Below are positions 9,425 through 18,449 of a DNA stretch of 62,209 nucleotides, piece after piece. Below the pieces are notes generated by a model, which was not told where the DNA came from, did not search any database, and worked only from the letters and a program-made list of their open reading frames with translations. This DNA comes from an uncultured Gammaproteobacteria bacterium. Lineage in GTDB: Bacteria > Patescibacteriota > Patescibacteriia > UBA9934 > CAZDDW01. The stretch's first letter is position 1, and each line of letters opens with the position of its first letter. Location: positions 2,160 through 64,368 of the forward strand of contig CAYZPO010000001.1 in NCBI GenBank assembly GCA_964480695.1, read 5' to 3'. Position numbers and translations under genes: made by a program.

Positions 9425-10097
9425 GCGCGCCCTCCTGTCCGTACTGACCGCGAAGGTTGTCGATGAGCCAGGAAGCCGTGTCCTTGCCGATGTCCGCAAG
9501 AGGCACACCAGCCTCTTCGGTGATCACGGTCGTGGCAGCGTCTCCCTCGATCCCGGCTTGCGCCAGGATGCGATAGAGCAACCGGCGCTGAGCGTCGGTC
9601 ATCCCGTCTCCGTTGGATCTAGACGAGGACCAGATGCCCTGGCCGTTTCCTCGACCGTTGCCGTTCGGCGGTCCTTGCGAACTACCATTCGATCCACCGT
9701 TGTAACCGTTGTTGAGCAACTCGGTGTTGTCACCGAGCTCCTCGAGTGCGACCAGGCCGATGTTCACCGCGTCTCGCAGAGCTCGCGCCTTGGCCCGGGT
9801 TTCGGCCATTCGGATCAGGTGCGGCACGATCTTGGCGTGCACGTTCCTCGGCGACGCGTCACCGATCCCGGTGAACACACCACGCTTTGTCTTCACGTCA
9901 GCCTTGGCGATGCACAGGAACTGGTTGTCGTCCGTTGGTATCTGCACCAACTCGGTGCGGATCTCGCACAGCTCGTCCTGGTGAGCACGAGCGAGCAGCC
10001 CGGCGTAGGTTGCGACCTCCTTTTCGGCTACCACGTTGCCGTGCTGGTCCTTGATCTTGATCCGAGTGGTCAGGGGGGTGTTGACTCCGTTGGGCAT
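9414..10097 (-). CDS. Putative recombination (single-strand annealing-type) protein; function inferred mainly from context
   Basis: Clean 227-aa ORF with GGAGGA SD. Overlaps the downstream nuclease gene by 11 nt. Contains GIGDASPRNV...IRMAETRAKARALRDAVNIG, a Gly/Asn-rich linker, and an HhH-like tail (MTDAQRRLLYRILAQAGIEG). Confidence 0.4.
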   Translation of the reverse strand: MPNGVNTPLTTRIKIKDQHGNVVAEKEVATYAGLLARAHQDELCEIRTELVQIPTDDNQFLCIAKADVKTKRGVFTGIGDASPRNVHAKIVPHLIRMAETRAKARALRDAVNIGLVALEELGDNTELLNNGYNGGSNGSSQGPPNGNGRGNGQGIWSSSRSNGDGMTDAQRRLLYRILAQAGIEGDAATTVITEEAGVPLADIGKDTASWLIDNLRGQYGQEGAHGT

Positions 10098-10249
10098 AGG
10101 GGTGTCCTCCGTGGCGTTTCTTGGTGAAGTTGTTTACGAGTAAGAAAAAGGTGCTTTCTTACACGTTGCCACGGAGAAGGAGTGCTGGGGAGGGGGGGTG
10201 GGGGAGCGGAACTGTTCAAACGAGGTGCTGTTTGATGGCGTATCTACGG

Positions 10250-11512
10250 CTATTCCTTTTTCATGTTGTCTTGATAAACTGTGGCGTTATCTTTCCACAC
10301 GCCATAGCCCTTCACACGAAGCTGAACCTCAATATCCAATCTCGCATCCGAGCTGGGATCTCCTATCATTCGAACATCTTCTACTTTCTCTACAGCCCTC
10401 AGTTGGAGGAACAGACCATCTGCATTAGATCTCCTCATGGGGATTGCTGCGAGACGAATAATCTCAGATTTCAACAGATCAGCAGGATCAACACCAGGCA
10501 TCGCGTTTGTCAGTTCGCTTGATCGAAGCCCCAGCTCGCGCCGAAAGAGCATTTCGCCTTTTGAAAGACCAATAGCAGTTCGGATATTTTGCGGAAGTGC
10601 CTCTAGCCCCCTTATCATTTTGAAGTTCGCAAATTCTTCGGTGCTTACAGTGCCACCAAATTGCCTGGCATCTTCCCGGTCGAAACGGGGTTCTACATGA
10701 AGGACAATCTGCGTTTTCCCATCAACGATTCTCCAGCTTGGAGGGCTCTCTAATTGTCTGCCATCCCCGAGTGTGTTTACCAATACATACTGTTCGTGTG
10801 TTTTGTAATTTCTAAATTCACTAGAGAAGTCAGTTAGACCGCCTATGTCCCCCGAAAGAATTTCATCAGCCCGAAACACCCATTCGTTTCCATTCGCGCT
10901 GACCTGCAGCCCTTGAAAGAAAAAGCTCGGTCCAATCGCGACGAGGCCGCCTTTTTCATTTCTGTTTGTAGATTCTTGAACTGTAGATGCGTGTTGACCC
11001 GCTGTCACTACGTGTAGCTCATCAACTATCTGGTTAGTTTTCTTTTCAATTGACTCCACCGCGTCAATTACTGTGCGCTGGAATAGAATGTCGTCATCAA
11101 TACAGATGTCGTGACATGCTTCCGCGAGCCGGAGAAGAAGCTCACGAGCTTCCACTTGATCAAGATTGTAGAGCGACGCACGCTCTCCTTCTTCCATAGA
11201 ATCGCGATTCTCGGTCCACGTTTCTACCAGAGCCTTGTGCCAGTTTTCCTTGCTCGGAATTCGCTTGCGGTTGAAGTCTCGGAGGATCGTCAGAACGGCC
11301 GGACCAAAGTCGTCTCTCCTCTCACCCTTTGGAGTAAGCCGGAACAGGGATTCTGGATTCGCAGCAACACCCATCGGCAATGAGTCAATCCAACCTGTGA
11401 TTTCTTTTCGAAGCTCGCTATTAAGTTGTTTATTGCTCAATCCGTTGACGGTGAAACCGGCGCACAGATTCACAATGAAGCCAAGCAGAGTAGTTGAGGG
11501 ATCAGGTAACAT
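10250..11512 (-). CDS. Hypothetical 420-aa protein (orphan), last gene of the Zn-ribbon/NYN cluster
   Basis: Long uninterrupted ORF 24 nt downstream of the NYN gene. GC ~45%. No motif recognised. Confidence 0.6.
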   Translation of the reverse strand: MLPDPSTTLLGFIVNLCAGFTVNGLSNKQLNSELRKEITGWIDSLPMGVAANPESLFRLTPKGERRDDFGPAVLTILRDFNRKRIPSKENWHKALVETWTENRDSMEEGERASLYNLDQVEARELLLRLAEACHDICIDDDILFQRTVIDAVESIEKKTNQIVDELHVVTAGQHASTVQESTNRNEKGGLVAIGPSFFFQGLQVSANGNEWVFRADEILSGDIGGLTDFSSEFRNYKTHEQYVLVNTLGDGRQLESPPSWRIVDGKTQIVLHVEPRFDREDARQFGGTVSTEEFANFKMIRGLEALPQNIRTAIGLSKGEMLFRRELGLRSSELTNAMPGVDPADLLKSEIIRLAAIPMRRSNADGLFLQLRAVEKVEDVRMIGDPSSDARLDIEVQLRVKGYGVWKDNATVYQDNMKKE

Positions 11513-11536
11513 TTGTGTTCCAATATCTGAAATTGC

Positions 11537-12301
11537 TCAGTCTAGTTTAGCCCTTCTAGCTTCGCCAGCCCTCAACCGCCCCTCCTCATCCTCACCCACC
11601 GTGAACTCCACCACCGTGTCCGGCCCCTTGAGCCGGGCGAACGCCTCGTTGCTCAACCGCCCACCCTCGAAGTCTGTTCCATGACAGAAGAGGGAACGGC
11701 CTGGGGTGTCCATCGACAGCTCGGTGTACTCAGTGATCCATCCGAAGTACTTCTCCTCGTTGATGGCGTGGAAGAAGCCGCGGTGCACGTCCTCGTCTGT
11801 AGGCATGAGGCCAGGGATGAGGAGACCCGATCGGAAGTTGTCAGCAGCTTCCCTCAGGTCGCGGGACACGTTGTGGAAGCCCATCACGTCCACACGACAT
11901 CCTTGGTTTTGCAGCGCCTCGACCAGGCGAACGAAGTCTCCATCGCCGCTGATCAGCACCAGGTAGTCCAGGTTGCGCGCTTGCAGGAGTGCGTCCACAG
12001 CCAGGTCAAGATCGCTGTTGGCCTTGTACACCAACTCACCGTCTTCGTTTCGATAGCGCTTGACCGTCTTCAGCCGCAAGCGAAAGCCACAGAACCTCAA
12101 GCTGGCTCGGTAGTCCTCCTTCGCGCGTCGGTACTCGGCATTGTCAGCCTCGCGCTGCTCGTTGATAGCCATGTAGGCATTGGCGCGAACCACAACAGCG
12201 CCTTGAGCCGCGACGAACTCCTTGAGCACATCGTAGCGCATGCCCCAGCCGCCACAGCGCATGATGTTCTCGGCGTCTACGTAGATGCCGGATTTAAGCA
12301 C
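11537..12301 (-). CDS. NYN/LabA-like RNase-domain protein fused to a cold-shock (OB/CSD)-like C-terminal domain
   Basis: NYN motifs GIYVDAENI, SDLDLAVDAL and LVLISGDGDFVRLVEAL. C-terminal HRGFFHAINEEKYFGWITE...SLFCHGTDF resembles the CSD pattern G.V.WFN..KGFGFI...D.F.H. GC ~60%+. Confidence 0.7.
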   Translation of the reverse strand: MLKSGIYVDAENIMRCGGWGMRYDVLKEFVAAQGAVVVRANAYMAINEQREADNAEYRRAKEDYRASLRFCGFRLRLKTVKRYRNEDGELVYKANSDLDLAVDALLQARNLDYLVLISGDGDFVRLVEALQNQGCRVDVMGFHNVSRDLREAADNFRSGLLIPGLMPTDEDVHRGFFHAINEEKYFGWITEYTELSMDTPGRSLFCHGTDFEGGRLSNEAFARLKGPDTVVEFTVGEDEEGRLRAGEARRAKLD

Positions 12302-12365
12302 AAGTTAACTCCTCTAGCTACGGATGGTAGTCATCCTTCCTTTGCGAGCACAGTTGGACCGAAGG

Positions 12366-13241
12366 TCAGTACCTTACCTCGCGGTATTCCCAGGCGATAC
12401 GTATCAGCTCCAATCCATCTGGCCCTGCGAATTTTCCGTAGACACCTCCCGTCGGAATGATGATTCCCACAGGTTCCGTTTTGGTAAGCTCTAGCGTCCT
12501 GGGTACTCTCCACTCCCGATCATGCAGGTAGTCGACCTTCTTCGCGGAGGCATGCGCCGGTGCAGTAGCAGGAATACGCACGACATTCACAAGTGGTTTT
12601 AGAGTTTCCGAAAAACCACCTGTATTTTTTTGTTCACGTATCACTTCGTCCGACAAGTAGACTGCCGGGCCGCCACCGGCAAGAATAATGTCTCGTTTCT
12701 TGAAGACGATGCCAAAAGGGCCATATCTAGATTTGAACTCTTCCCCATAAGCTATGGGGACATCGGTCAAGCATACGGCGGGCTTGTTGAAGTACCCCGT
12801 AGCGACGGCTTCGATACGCTTTGTCCTCATGATGTTCATGAAATTTTCTTGTTTCGTGTAATGTACGACCGTTTCAGTGTAGTCGGGCCTCCCTTCACGA
12901 ACAAACTGTCTACCATCTACGGATTCGCAGAAATTGTAGTACTCCTTTGCATGATAGAAGAAGGTGCCAACGATTTTAATGTCTCCGTCTGTTTGCGTGT
13001 TTTTCTGACACCGAGGGCAATCTGAGTAGAGCCACATCGCGGCGTCTTGCCAACTACACTGTTCCTCGAAACCACATTCCATACACTCGATTGCTACGAG
13101 GTCAGGCTCAACCGCGTCTATCTTGGATTCACAACCATCCTCAGGACAGATTTCATCTTCAAGTATCTCAGCAAGCCAATCAAGACCTACTTCAGTCTCA
13201 TGTCCGCTGATGCACTCGACGACGTATTTTTTGTCGTTCAT
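12366..13241 (-). CDS. Zinc-ribbon N-domain protein with a C-terminal region weakly reminiscent of AbiGi-type abortive-infection proteins
   Basis: N-terminal Cys pairs (CPEDGC, CMEC, CPRC). C-terminal ..VVHYTKQENFMNIMRTKRIEA..CLTDVP..YGPFGIVF..YLHDREWRVP. The AbiGi resemblance is from memory only. Confidence 0.35.
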   Translation of the reverse strand: MNDKKYVVECISGHETEVGLDWLAEILEDEICPEDGCESKIDAVEPDLVAIECMECGFEEQCSWQDAAMWLYSDCPRCQKNTQTDGDIKIVGTFFYHAKEYYNFCESVDGRQFVREGRPDYTETVVHYTKQENFMNIMRTKRIEAVATGYFNKPAVCLTDVPIAYGEEFKSRYGPFGIVFKKRDIILAGGGPAVYLSDEVIREQKNTGGFSETLKPLVNVVRIPATAPAHASAKKVDYLHDREWRVPRTLELTKTEPVGIIIPTGGVYGKFAGPDGLELIRIAWEYREVRY

Positions 13242-13349
13242 CTTCTACTCTCCCTTTGAGCACACGTCTCGCAACAACAGAAATATACACACTCGATCAC
13301 GGTAAGATCGCGTACAAGCACTCCCGAAAAAACACGTACAATAGAAAGT

Positions 13350-13375
13350 ACCCGCTCTCGATTCGAAGAGCGGGT
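13350..13375 (-). terminator. Hairpin downstream of the DUF932-like gene
   Basis: ACCCGCTCT-cgattcga-AGAGCGGGT, a 9-bp stem followed on the minus strand by ACTTTCTATT. Confidence 0.45.
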
Positions 13376-13401
13376 CATTGTCATGTTGTTACTCAAGAAG
13401 C

Positions 13402-14547
13402 CTACTGCGGCAGCGTGGCGGCGAGCAACCGCCCAGCTTGCGCCTCCAAGCCCTCGGCCGCAGCCACGCTGGGCCACGGGTACTCATGAGCCGACCTCGT
13501 GATCGCGTTGACCAGATCGGCCCGAGTGAGTCCCGGCTCTCGATCCCAGGCCGACAGCAGCGTCGGCACGGTTTCGGTCGCTCGGATGCCTGGCGTAGCC
13601 AGCAGCTTGCGCTCGAACAGCTTCTCCAGCAACTCGGTACGCTGGTGCGGCTCCTCCACAACCTGATCCTGCCGCGCATGGGTCCACAGCTCCGCGAAAG
13701 GCCCATTGGAGGCGCGAACCTCGCGGATACCCAGGAACAGCGCCGCGATCATGTCACTGGACCGTCCCTTGTGGATACGCTTGACCTTGGCCTGACGATC
13801 TACGCTGAACAGCATCAGGTTGGTGCACAGCACGCGCCACAGCACGGTTGCGATACGCAGGGCTCCGGTCCCGTCGTCGGCCGAGGAGATCTCGACCCCG
13901 AACCGGAACACCTCACCCTGGCCGTTGACCGGCATCTCGTCGGCAAACACTGCTCGGAACCGCAGGTGCAGGCCGTCGTAGCTGGCCTCGACGCGAGCGT
14001 CTGGGGGCAGCATGGTCAGGACCTCGGCGAGCATTTCGGGCACATCGTACACAGCGTAGCTCGGTGACACCGAGGCGAACAGCGACGACCGATCATGGAC
14101 GCGGCGCATCCGCAACTTCACCCTCAACTGGCGATCGGCTCTGCTGTTCACCTGGCCCTGGGTCCTACCCAGCCAGTGGCGGATGTTGCGGGCTCGGAGT
14201 TCCGGCGGACAGGCCATGAGGTAGGCGCTGCCGCCAGGGATCTGGGCGCGCTGGCACAGCTGGCGAAAGCCGTGCTGTTCCACACCGATCTGCTCGCCGT
14301 CGAGCACCAGATAGCCTTGCTCGTCCATGGTCAGGGCGTTGAGCGGTACGGTCTGGTCATAGCGGTTCTCGTCTCGGACGAGTTCGATGAGCTCGCCTAC
14401 GGCGTCCTCAAGCACCGGCAGCTCCTCCCACTGCTGGCGCGATCGGAGTACGCGCTTGCCTCGTGGCTCGAGGTGGATGCCGATGGGATGAATGGCCGGC
14501 GCTGGGGCGAAGCCGTTGACCAGCGAAGTCTCGGTGGTGGGATTCAT
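13402..14547 (-). CDS. DUF932-like phage/plasmid-associated protein
   Basis: 381-aa high-GC ORF. The core EISSADDGTGALRIATVLWRVLCTNLM matches my memory of the DUF932 pattern (SHDGS.a....R.vC.N). Confidence 0.5.
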   Translation of the reverse strand: MNPTTETSLVNGFAPAPAIHPIGIHLEPRGKRVLRSRQQWEELPVLEDAVGELIELVRDENRYDQTVPLNALTMDEQGYLVLDGEQIGVEQHGFRQLCQRAQIPGGSAYLMACPPELRARNIRHWLGRTQGQVNSRADRQLRVKLRMRRVHDRSSLFASVSPSYAVYDVPEMLAEVLTMLPPDARVEASYDGLHLRFRAVFADEMPVNGQGEVFRFGVEISSADDGTGALRIATVLWRVLCTNLMLFSVDRQAKVKRIHKGRSSDMIAALFLGIREVRASNGPFAELWTHARQDQVVEEPHQRTELLEKLFERKLLATPGIRATETVPTLLSAWDREPGLTRADLVNAITRSAHEYPWPSVAAAEGLEAQAGRLLAATLPQ

Positions 14548-14561
14548 GTTGGACCTCCAGA

Positions 14562-14855
14562 TCAGATGGGGTAGGAACCGTTGCGGGGACCGCCACCGTT
14601 GTTGCCGCGGTAGGACTGCTCACGGTGACCGCCCTGCGGTTCGTGGTAGCCGCCCTGGTCACCTTGGGGCTGACGTCGGCGATCCTGCTGGCGCTCACGC
14701 ACCTGCAAGGTGCCGGTGAGCGGCACCGCGTCCAGGCGGATGTTCAGCGATCCATCCTGGTTGACGAACGCTGCACCTACGCGAATCCAGATGGCCTTTT
14801 GGCCTTGGCCTCGTTCGACGATGGCGAACACGTCTTTGGGTTGGTTGTTGGGCAT
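14562..14855 (-). CDS. Small protein with a beta-rich N-domain (DUF736/OB-like?) and a Gly/Gln-rich tail
   Basis: 97 aa: KDVFAIVERGQGQKAIWIRVGAAFVNQDGSLNIRLDAVPL..., then ..GGYHEPQGGHREQSYRGNNGGGPRNGSYPI. Lies 14 nt upstream of the DUF932-like gene. Confidence 0.45.
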   Translation of the reverse strand: MPNNQPKDVFAIVERGQGQKAIWIRVGAAFVNQDGSLNIRLDAVPLTGTLQVRERQQDRRRQPQGDQGGYHEPQGGHREQSYRGNNGGGPRNGSYPI

Positions 14856-15090
14856 AGGGACCTCCTTGAGCTGGTTTCACAGCTCGGTTGGCTTGATGAG
14901 TTAGGGGGATTGCCGGCCGAAGAGACCGACGAGAAGGAACTTACACAACCAGCGTACCAACGCAACGAAAAGCCCAGAAGGCTGGGCCACGGAGCAGTTG
15001 CGCTCCCTTGACGTGAAGATCCGTCCCCAGGCGAGGGTTTCACCCCCTTTCCTCTTCCCCCCTGCACCCCCCATCTCCTATCCCTACTCA

Positions 15091-15127
15091 ATTAGCAAGA
15101 TATATATTTAATATCTAGATATATATA
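15091..15127. promoter_or_regulatory. AT-rich repeat/palindrome island in a divergent intergenic region
   Basis: attagcaAGATATATATttaatatctAGATATATATAc: 37 nt of almost pure A/T with AGATATATAT twice, embedded in >60% GC DNA between divergent gene sets. Confidence 0.4.
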
Positions 15128-15559
15128 CCCCGGTAGGTTGTATAGCCTACGGGTATTCAGTACGTCCCCGGTAGTACGGGGGAGGGAGAGTGTGAGAGGG
15201 AGGGGGATTCACGGGACACGGCAGTTATCCACCGCGGTCGTGGACAACCTGGGGGAGGACCTGCCTTGACGGATCGTCCGGGGGTGGTAAGGTGCGACCA
15301 ATTCCAATAGTAAAATACGTTGAATCGTTGCGAGTGCCGGCTTCGTCTGAGCTGGATCTACACCTCTCGCCGCAAGACGATTCGCCTGTTTCAGGTTGAC
15401 TCTGCTCAATAACAAGGGGGAGTAGAGGCCCGTCTGTTCACAGCACAGCGTGTGTAGCATTGTGCTCGTGGCAGGCGGGTTTTTGCTTTGGTTACTTCCC
15501 TTGCCTGCTGCCGCGCCCAGAGTCCACCGCTGGGGAAAACAACACGATCCAGGGAGCGT

Positions 15560-15582
15560 ACCTGTTCCCTTGCCCAGCCTCC
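15560..15582 (+). repeat. 23-nt motif ACCTGTTCCCTTGCCCAGCCTCC (copy 1 of 2)
   Basis: Matches 37901-37923 at 21/23 positions in the same orientation. Lies 56 nt upstream of the XRE gene start. Confidence 0.6.
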
Positions 15583-15638
15583 TCAAGGTGATCTGGGTCT
15601 GGCACCATGGAAAACAGAAACAAAAACTCCCAGTCATC

Positions 15639-15926
15639 ATGATCAAGCCACGCTATCCCAACAACATCGCTACTTGGCGCGAGCTGCGTCTTCTTTCGCA
15701 AGAGCAGGTCGCGGGTCTTGTGGGCTGTCACCCCAAGAGCGTGGCTCGGTACGAACAAGGCCGAGCCATGCCCGAGGTGTCTGTGGCGATCCGGTTGGCC
15801 CAGGCGCTCGGTGTGCAGGTCGAGGCTCTGTGGTCCGAGATGAGCGAGACCTGGCGCGAGCAGGTTCTCCAAAAAATCCGAGAGCACGGCTGGCTGCCTG
15901 GGTATCCACGAAAACAAACTCAATAA
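15639..15926 (+). CDS. XRE-family helix-turn-helix regulator
   Basis: ORF 15450..15926; real start likely ATG 15639 (MIKPRYPNNIATWRELRLLSQEQVAGLVGCHPKSVARYEQGRAMPEVSVAIRLAQALGV). Confidence 0.75.
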   Translation: MIKPRYPNNIATWRELRLLSQEQVAGLVGCHPKSVARYEQGRAMPEVSVAIRLAQALGVQVEALWSEMSETWREQVLQKIREHGWLPGYPRKQTQ

Positions 15927-15932
15927 TCGCCT

Positions 15933-16529
15933 ATGCCCCTTCAATCCGCCCTGTGCGAACAAGATGCGCACGACGAACAGCAAACTCTCCTGGCCGTGCT
16001 TGCTGAACTCAGCCCGGGATCGGGCAAGCTGTTCACCACCAGCATCGAGCAGCTCACCCAGCAGACCGAACTGAGCACCCGAGCCGTGACCTTCGGTCTC
16101 GTCCGGTTTCAGCAAGCTGGCGCGATCGAGCTGAAGCTGGCGTCCTCGCGTTCCGGCACCTGTCACATCCGGTTGCTCACTGGCGGGCGGAACGCGGAGC
16201 TGGCAAGACCAGCAGAGTCCACGCCGAACGAAGCCCCAGACTCGTCAAGCCTGGCCACGCGGATCGCCACGGACCTGGACGACCTCAAGCACCTGGACAA
16301 GTACCGCAAGCTCTTTGACCACTATCCCGAATCTGCCCTGCAGGACGCCTGGGAACGAACCACCCGCATCCCTCGTCACACGATTCGCAAGACGCCGTTC
16401 CACCTGTTCCGCTGGTTCCTGCGCACTCGTCACGGATCAGCCTCATCCCCCTCAACCTCTTCAAACCTATGCCCACCCACAAACCCAACTTCATCCCATC
16501 CAACCCCGTCAAGCAGCGCGCTTTCCTGA
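15933..16529 (+). CDS. Hypothetical protein with an N-terminal winged-helix-like region
   Basis: 198-aa ORF 6 nt after the XRE gene, with ..LFTTSIEQLTQQTELSTRAVTFGLVRFQQAGAIEL.. Pro/Ser-rich tail. Confidence 0.45.
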   Translation: MPLQSALCEQDAHDEQQTLLAVLAELSPGSGKLFTTSIEQLTQQTELSTRAVTFGLVRFQQAGAIELKLASSRSGTCHIRLLTGGRNAELARPAESTPNEAPDSSSLATRIATDLDDLKHLDKYRKLFDHYPESALQDAWERTTRIPRHTIRKTPFHLFRWFLRTRHGSASSPSTSSNLCPPTNPTSSHPTPSSSALS

Positions 16530-17035
16530 CCGTGCTTGCCGTGGTGCCCAATGCCCGCGAGGTCGGTCTGGCTGTGCTAGATCTCGGTGGACTGGTCCAC
16601 CACGCTGTGGTCGGTATCCGCAAACACCGCACCCCCGAAGGCCAGGAAGCCAAGTTCCGTCACGACGTGCAACGCGTGTGGGAAGAGCACCCGGGTATCA
16701 CGCATCTGGCCATCGCCCTGCCTCACAAAACGCAGCAGGACATCCCTTTGCTCGATGCCGAGCGCGCCTGGCTTGTTCAGGAAGCCGAACATCGCGATGT
16801 GTCCGTGGCTCAGCACGAGTTGGACGATGCCCGGCGCTGGTGCGCGGGTGATCGTGTCCAGCCCACCACTCGTGGGGTTGCCCAGGTCCTGGCCGAGGAG
16901 TTCCCGATTTTGCAGAAGGTCGCCCCCGGCCCCAAGGATCGTCTGGATTCACCACGTTTCCGCTACTGGGCTCAAGCGTTCTCGGCCGCAGCCCTAGCCA
17001 AGTACGAGTTGGAGCGAACCGTTGCAGGTCTATGA
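16469..17035 (+). CDS. Hypothetical protein, possibly RNase H/RuvC-like fold
   Basis: 188-aa ORF. FLTVLAVVPNAREVGLAVLDLGG..HLAIALP.. resembles the first strands of RuvC-like resolvases. Its stop overlaps the next gene's start (ATGA). Low certainty on function. Confidence 0.35.
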   Translation: MPTHKPNFIPSNPVKQRAFLTVLAVVPNAREVGLAVLDLGGLVHHAVVGIRKHRTPEGQEAKFRHDVQRVWEEHPGITHLAIALPHKTQQDIPLLDAERAWLVQEAEHRDVSVAQHELDDARRWCAGDRVQPTTRGVAQVLAEEFPILQKVAPGPKDRLDSPRFRYWAQAFSAAALAKYELERTVAGL

Positions 17036-17907
17036 GTAAATCCAAGAAAACAACCAAAACAACACCTGTAGTGCGACTTACCGATCGCGACATCGAGGTG
17101 TTCGAGGCACTGGCCTCGCACCGCTTGCTGTCCACAGCCCAGGTAGCGTGCCTGTTCACGCCGACCTACGACGCAGCGCGACGGCTCATGCGCCGACTGC
17201 ACAAGGCTGAGCTCGTCATCCGTGTGTTCCAGCCGGTAGGTGGCACCAAGAGCGCGAAGGAGTCGGTTTGGGCTCTGGCGCGCAAGGGAGCGGCCGAGGT
17301 CGCCCGGGCTCGCGAGTGTCCGCTACCCAGTCATCTGACCGCGCGAGACCGCCATTCCAACCTGTTCATCGATCACACGCTGGCACGCAACGACTTCCGG
17401 ATCTGTTTCGAGCTGCTGCATCGCTCCAAGAAGTTGGAGCTGCTGCGCTGGGAGCAGGCCAAGGACGAGGTCAAGTGCGTGGGCGAGATGCGCGGTCCGT
17501 TCGGCATTGGCGAACGCGTCTCCCTGATCGCCGACGGCTACCTTGTCGTCCGTTACCAGGGCAAGGCGTACCACCTGCTGCTCGAATCCGACATGGGCAC
17601 CACCTCGCTCAAGCGCATGGACGACAAGTTCAAGGGCTACTGGCGATGGTGGAAGTACAAAGGACCCAAGAAGTCGTTCGGAGCCACCAACGTGCGCGTG
17701 CTCACAGTGACCAGCTCGTATACGCGCTTGGGCAACCTGCGCAACCTGGCCATGCATGCTCCGGCTCAGACTCGAAGAGGAACTGGCCTGTTCTGGTTCA
17801 CCACGCTCGGGAACATCGATCCCACCGTGCCTGAGGATGTTTTACAGAAAATCTGGTGGTCGGCTCACGTGGGCAACGATGAACCTCTGAACCTATTCAA
17901 TAAATAA
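17032..17907 (+). CDS. Replication-relaxation family protein (paralogue 1)
   Basis: LTDRDIEVFEALASHRLLSTAQVACLF (wHTH), FIDHTLARNDFRICF, LIADGYLVVRYQGKAYHLLLESDMGT. Same architecture as 26694-27647. Confidence 0.65.
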   Translation: MSKSKKTTKTTPVVRLTDRDIEVFEALASHRLLSTAQVACLFTPTYDAARRLMRRLHKAELVIRVFQPVGGTKSAKESVWALARKGAAEVARARECPLPSHLTARDRHSNLFIDHTLARNDFRICFELLHRSKKLELLRWEQAKDEVKCVGEMRGPFGIGERVSLIADGYLVVRYQGKAYHLLLESDMGTTSLKRMDDKFKGYWRWWKYKGPKKSFGATNVRVLTVTSSYTRLGNLRNLAMHAPAQTRRGTGLFWFTTLGNIDPTVPEDVLQKIWWSAHVGNDEPLNLFNK

Positions 17908-17911
17908 ACCT

Positions 17912-18043
17912 ATGAAAAGAAAACCACGACGACGATTCAAACCCATCGCCTTGCGCAAGAAGCCAAAGTGCGAGGTGTGCAATCGCAAGCTCAACGGGCC
18001 GTTCGGCCTGTGCTACTGGTGCCGCAAGCGGCGCTTGGGCTGA
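17912..18043 (+). CDS. Small basic zinc-ribbon protein (43 aa), below the ORF-track cutoff
   Basis: MKRKPRRRFKPIALRKKPKCEVCNRKLNGPFGLCYWCRKRRLG: CxxC..CxxC. Starts 4 nt after the preceding stop and is followed by the 16-bp palindrome GTTGCCGCGCGGCAAC. Confidence 0.4.
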   Translation: MKRKPRRRFKPIALRKKPKCEVCNRKLNGPFGLCYWCRKRRLG

Positions 18044-18079
18044 ATACGGGAGTTGCCGCGCGGCAACACGCAAATCCTG

Positions 18080-18103
18080 GCTTGTTACCACGTGGTAACA
18101 AGC
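18080..18103. repeat. parS-like 24-bp perfect palindrome (copy 1)
   Basis: GCTTGTTACCAC|GTGGTAACAAGC; core GTTACCACGTGGTAAC. Confidence 0.9.
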
Positions 18104-18425
18104 GCGAGCTTGCTGACGCGGCTAAGAGTCCCGCGTTGCACCTGTTCTGACCGTGCGCACCCCCATGGAGCGTGGAGCGGAACGGTCAAGCCATCCGTGT
18201 GGTCATCCGTGTGGAGCTCGATGCGAACATGGAAGAAAAGTAGGCATGTCCTCGAAGGACAGATTCGTCGTTCCGGTCCCACCGATCCCTTAATGCGGAA
18301 CCGGGACCGATGGAGTACGACGCATCACAATCCGGGACGTGCAAAGACGCTCATCGCCTGGTTATCGAGCGTGCAACCGGAACAGCGAAACCATGACAAC
18401 GGGCGTGCTACGACACGTCCTGGCT

Positions 18426-18449
18426 GGGTGTTATCACGTGATAACACCC
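18426..18449. repeat. parS-like 24-bp perfect palindrome (copy 2)
   Basis: GGGTGTTATCAC|GTGATAACACCC; core GTTATCACGTGATAAC, identical to the core of copy 3. Confidence 0.9.

Noticed and set aside
9366-10127. 253-aa plus-strand ORF
   Set aside because: It is antisense to the 227-aa gene, which has an SD and is coupled to the nuclease gene. It is a high-GC shadow ORF.
11681-12460. 259-aa plus-strand ORF
   Set aside because: It is antisense to the NYN-domain gene, which has unambiguous catalytic motifs.
15209-16166. Minus-strand ORFs of 145 aa and 224 aa, and plus-strand ORF 15488-16006
   Set aside because: They are off-frame or antisense to the XRE/wHTH genes or lie in the untranslated control region. 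Their composition is Arg/Pro/Gly-rich, and none has an SD.
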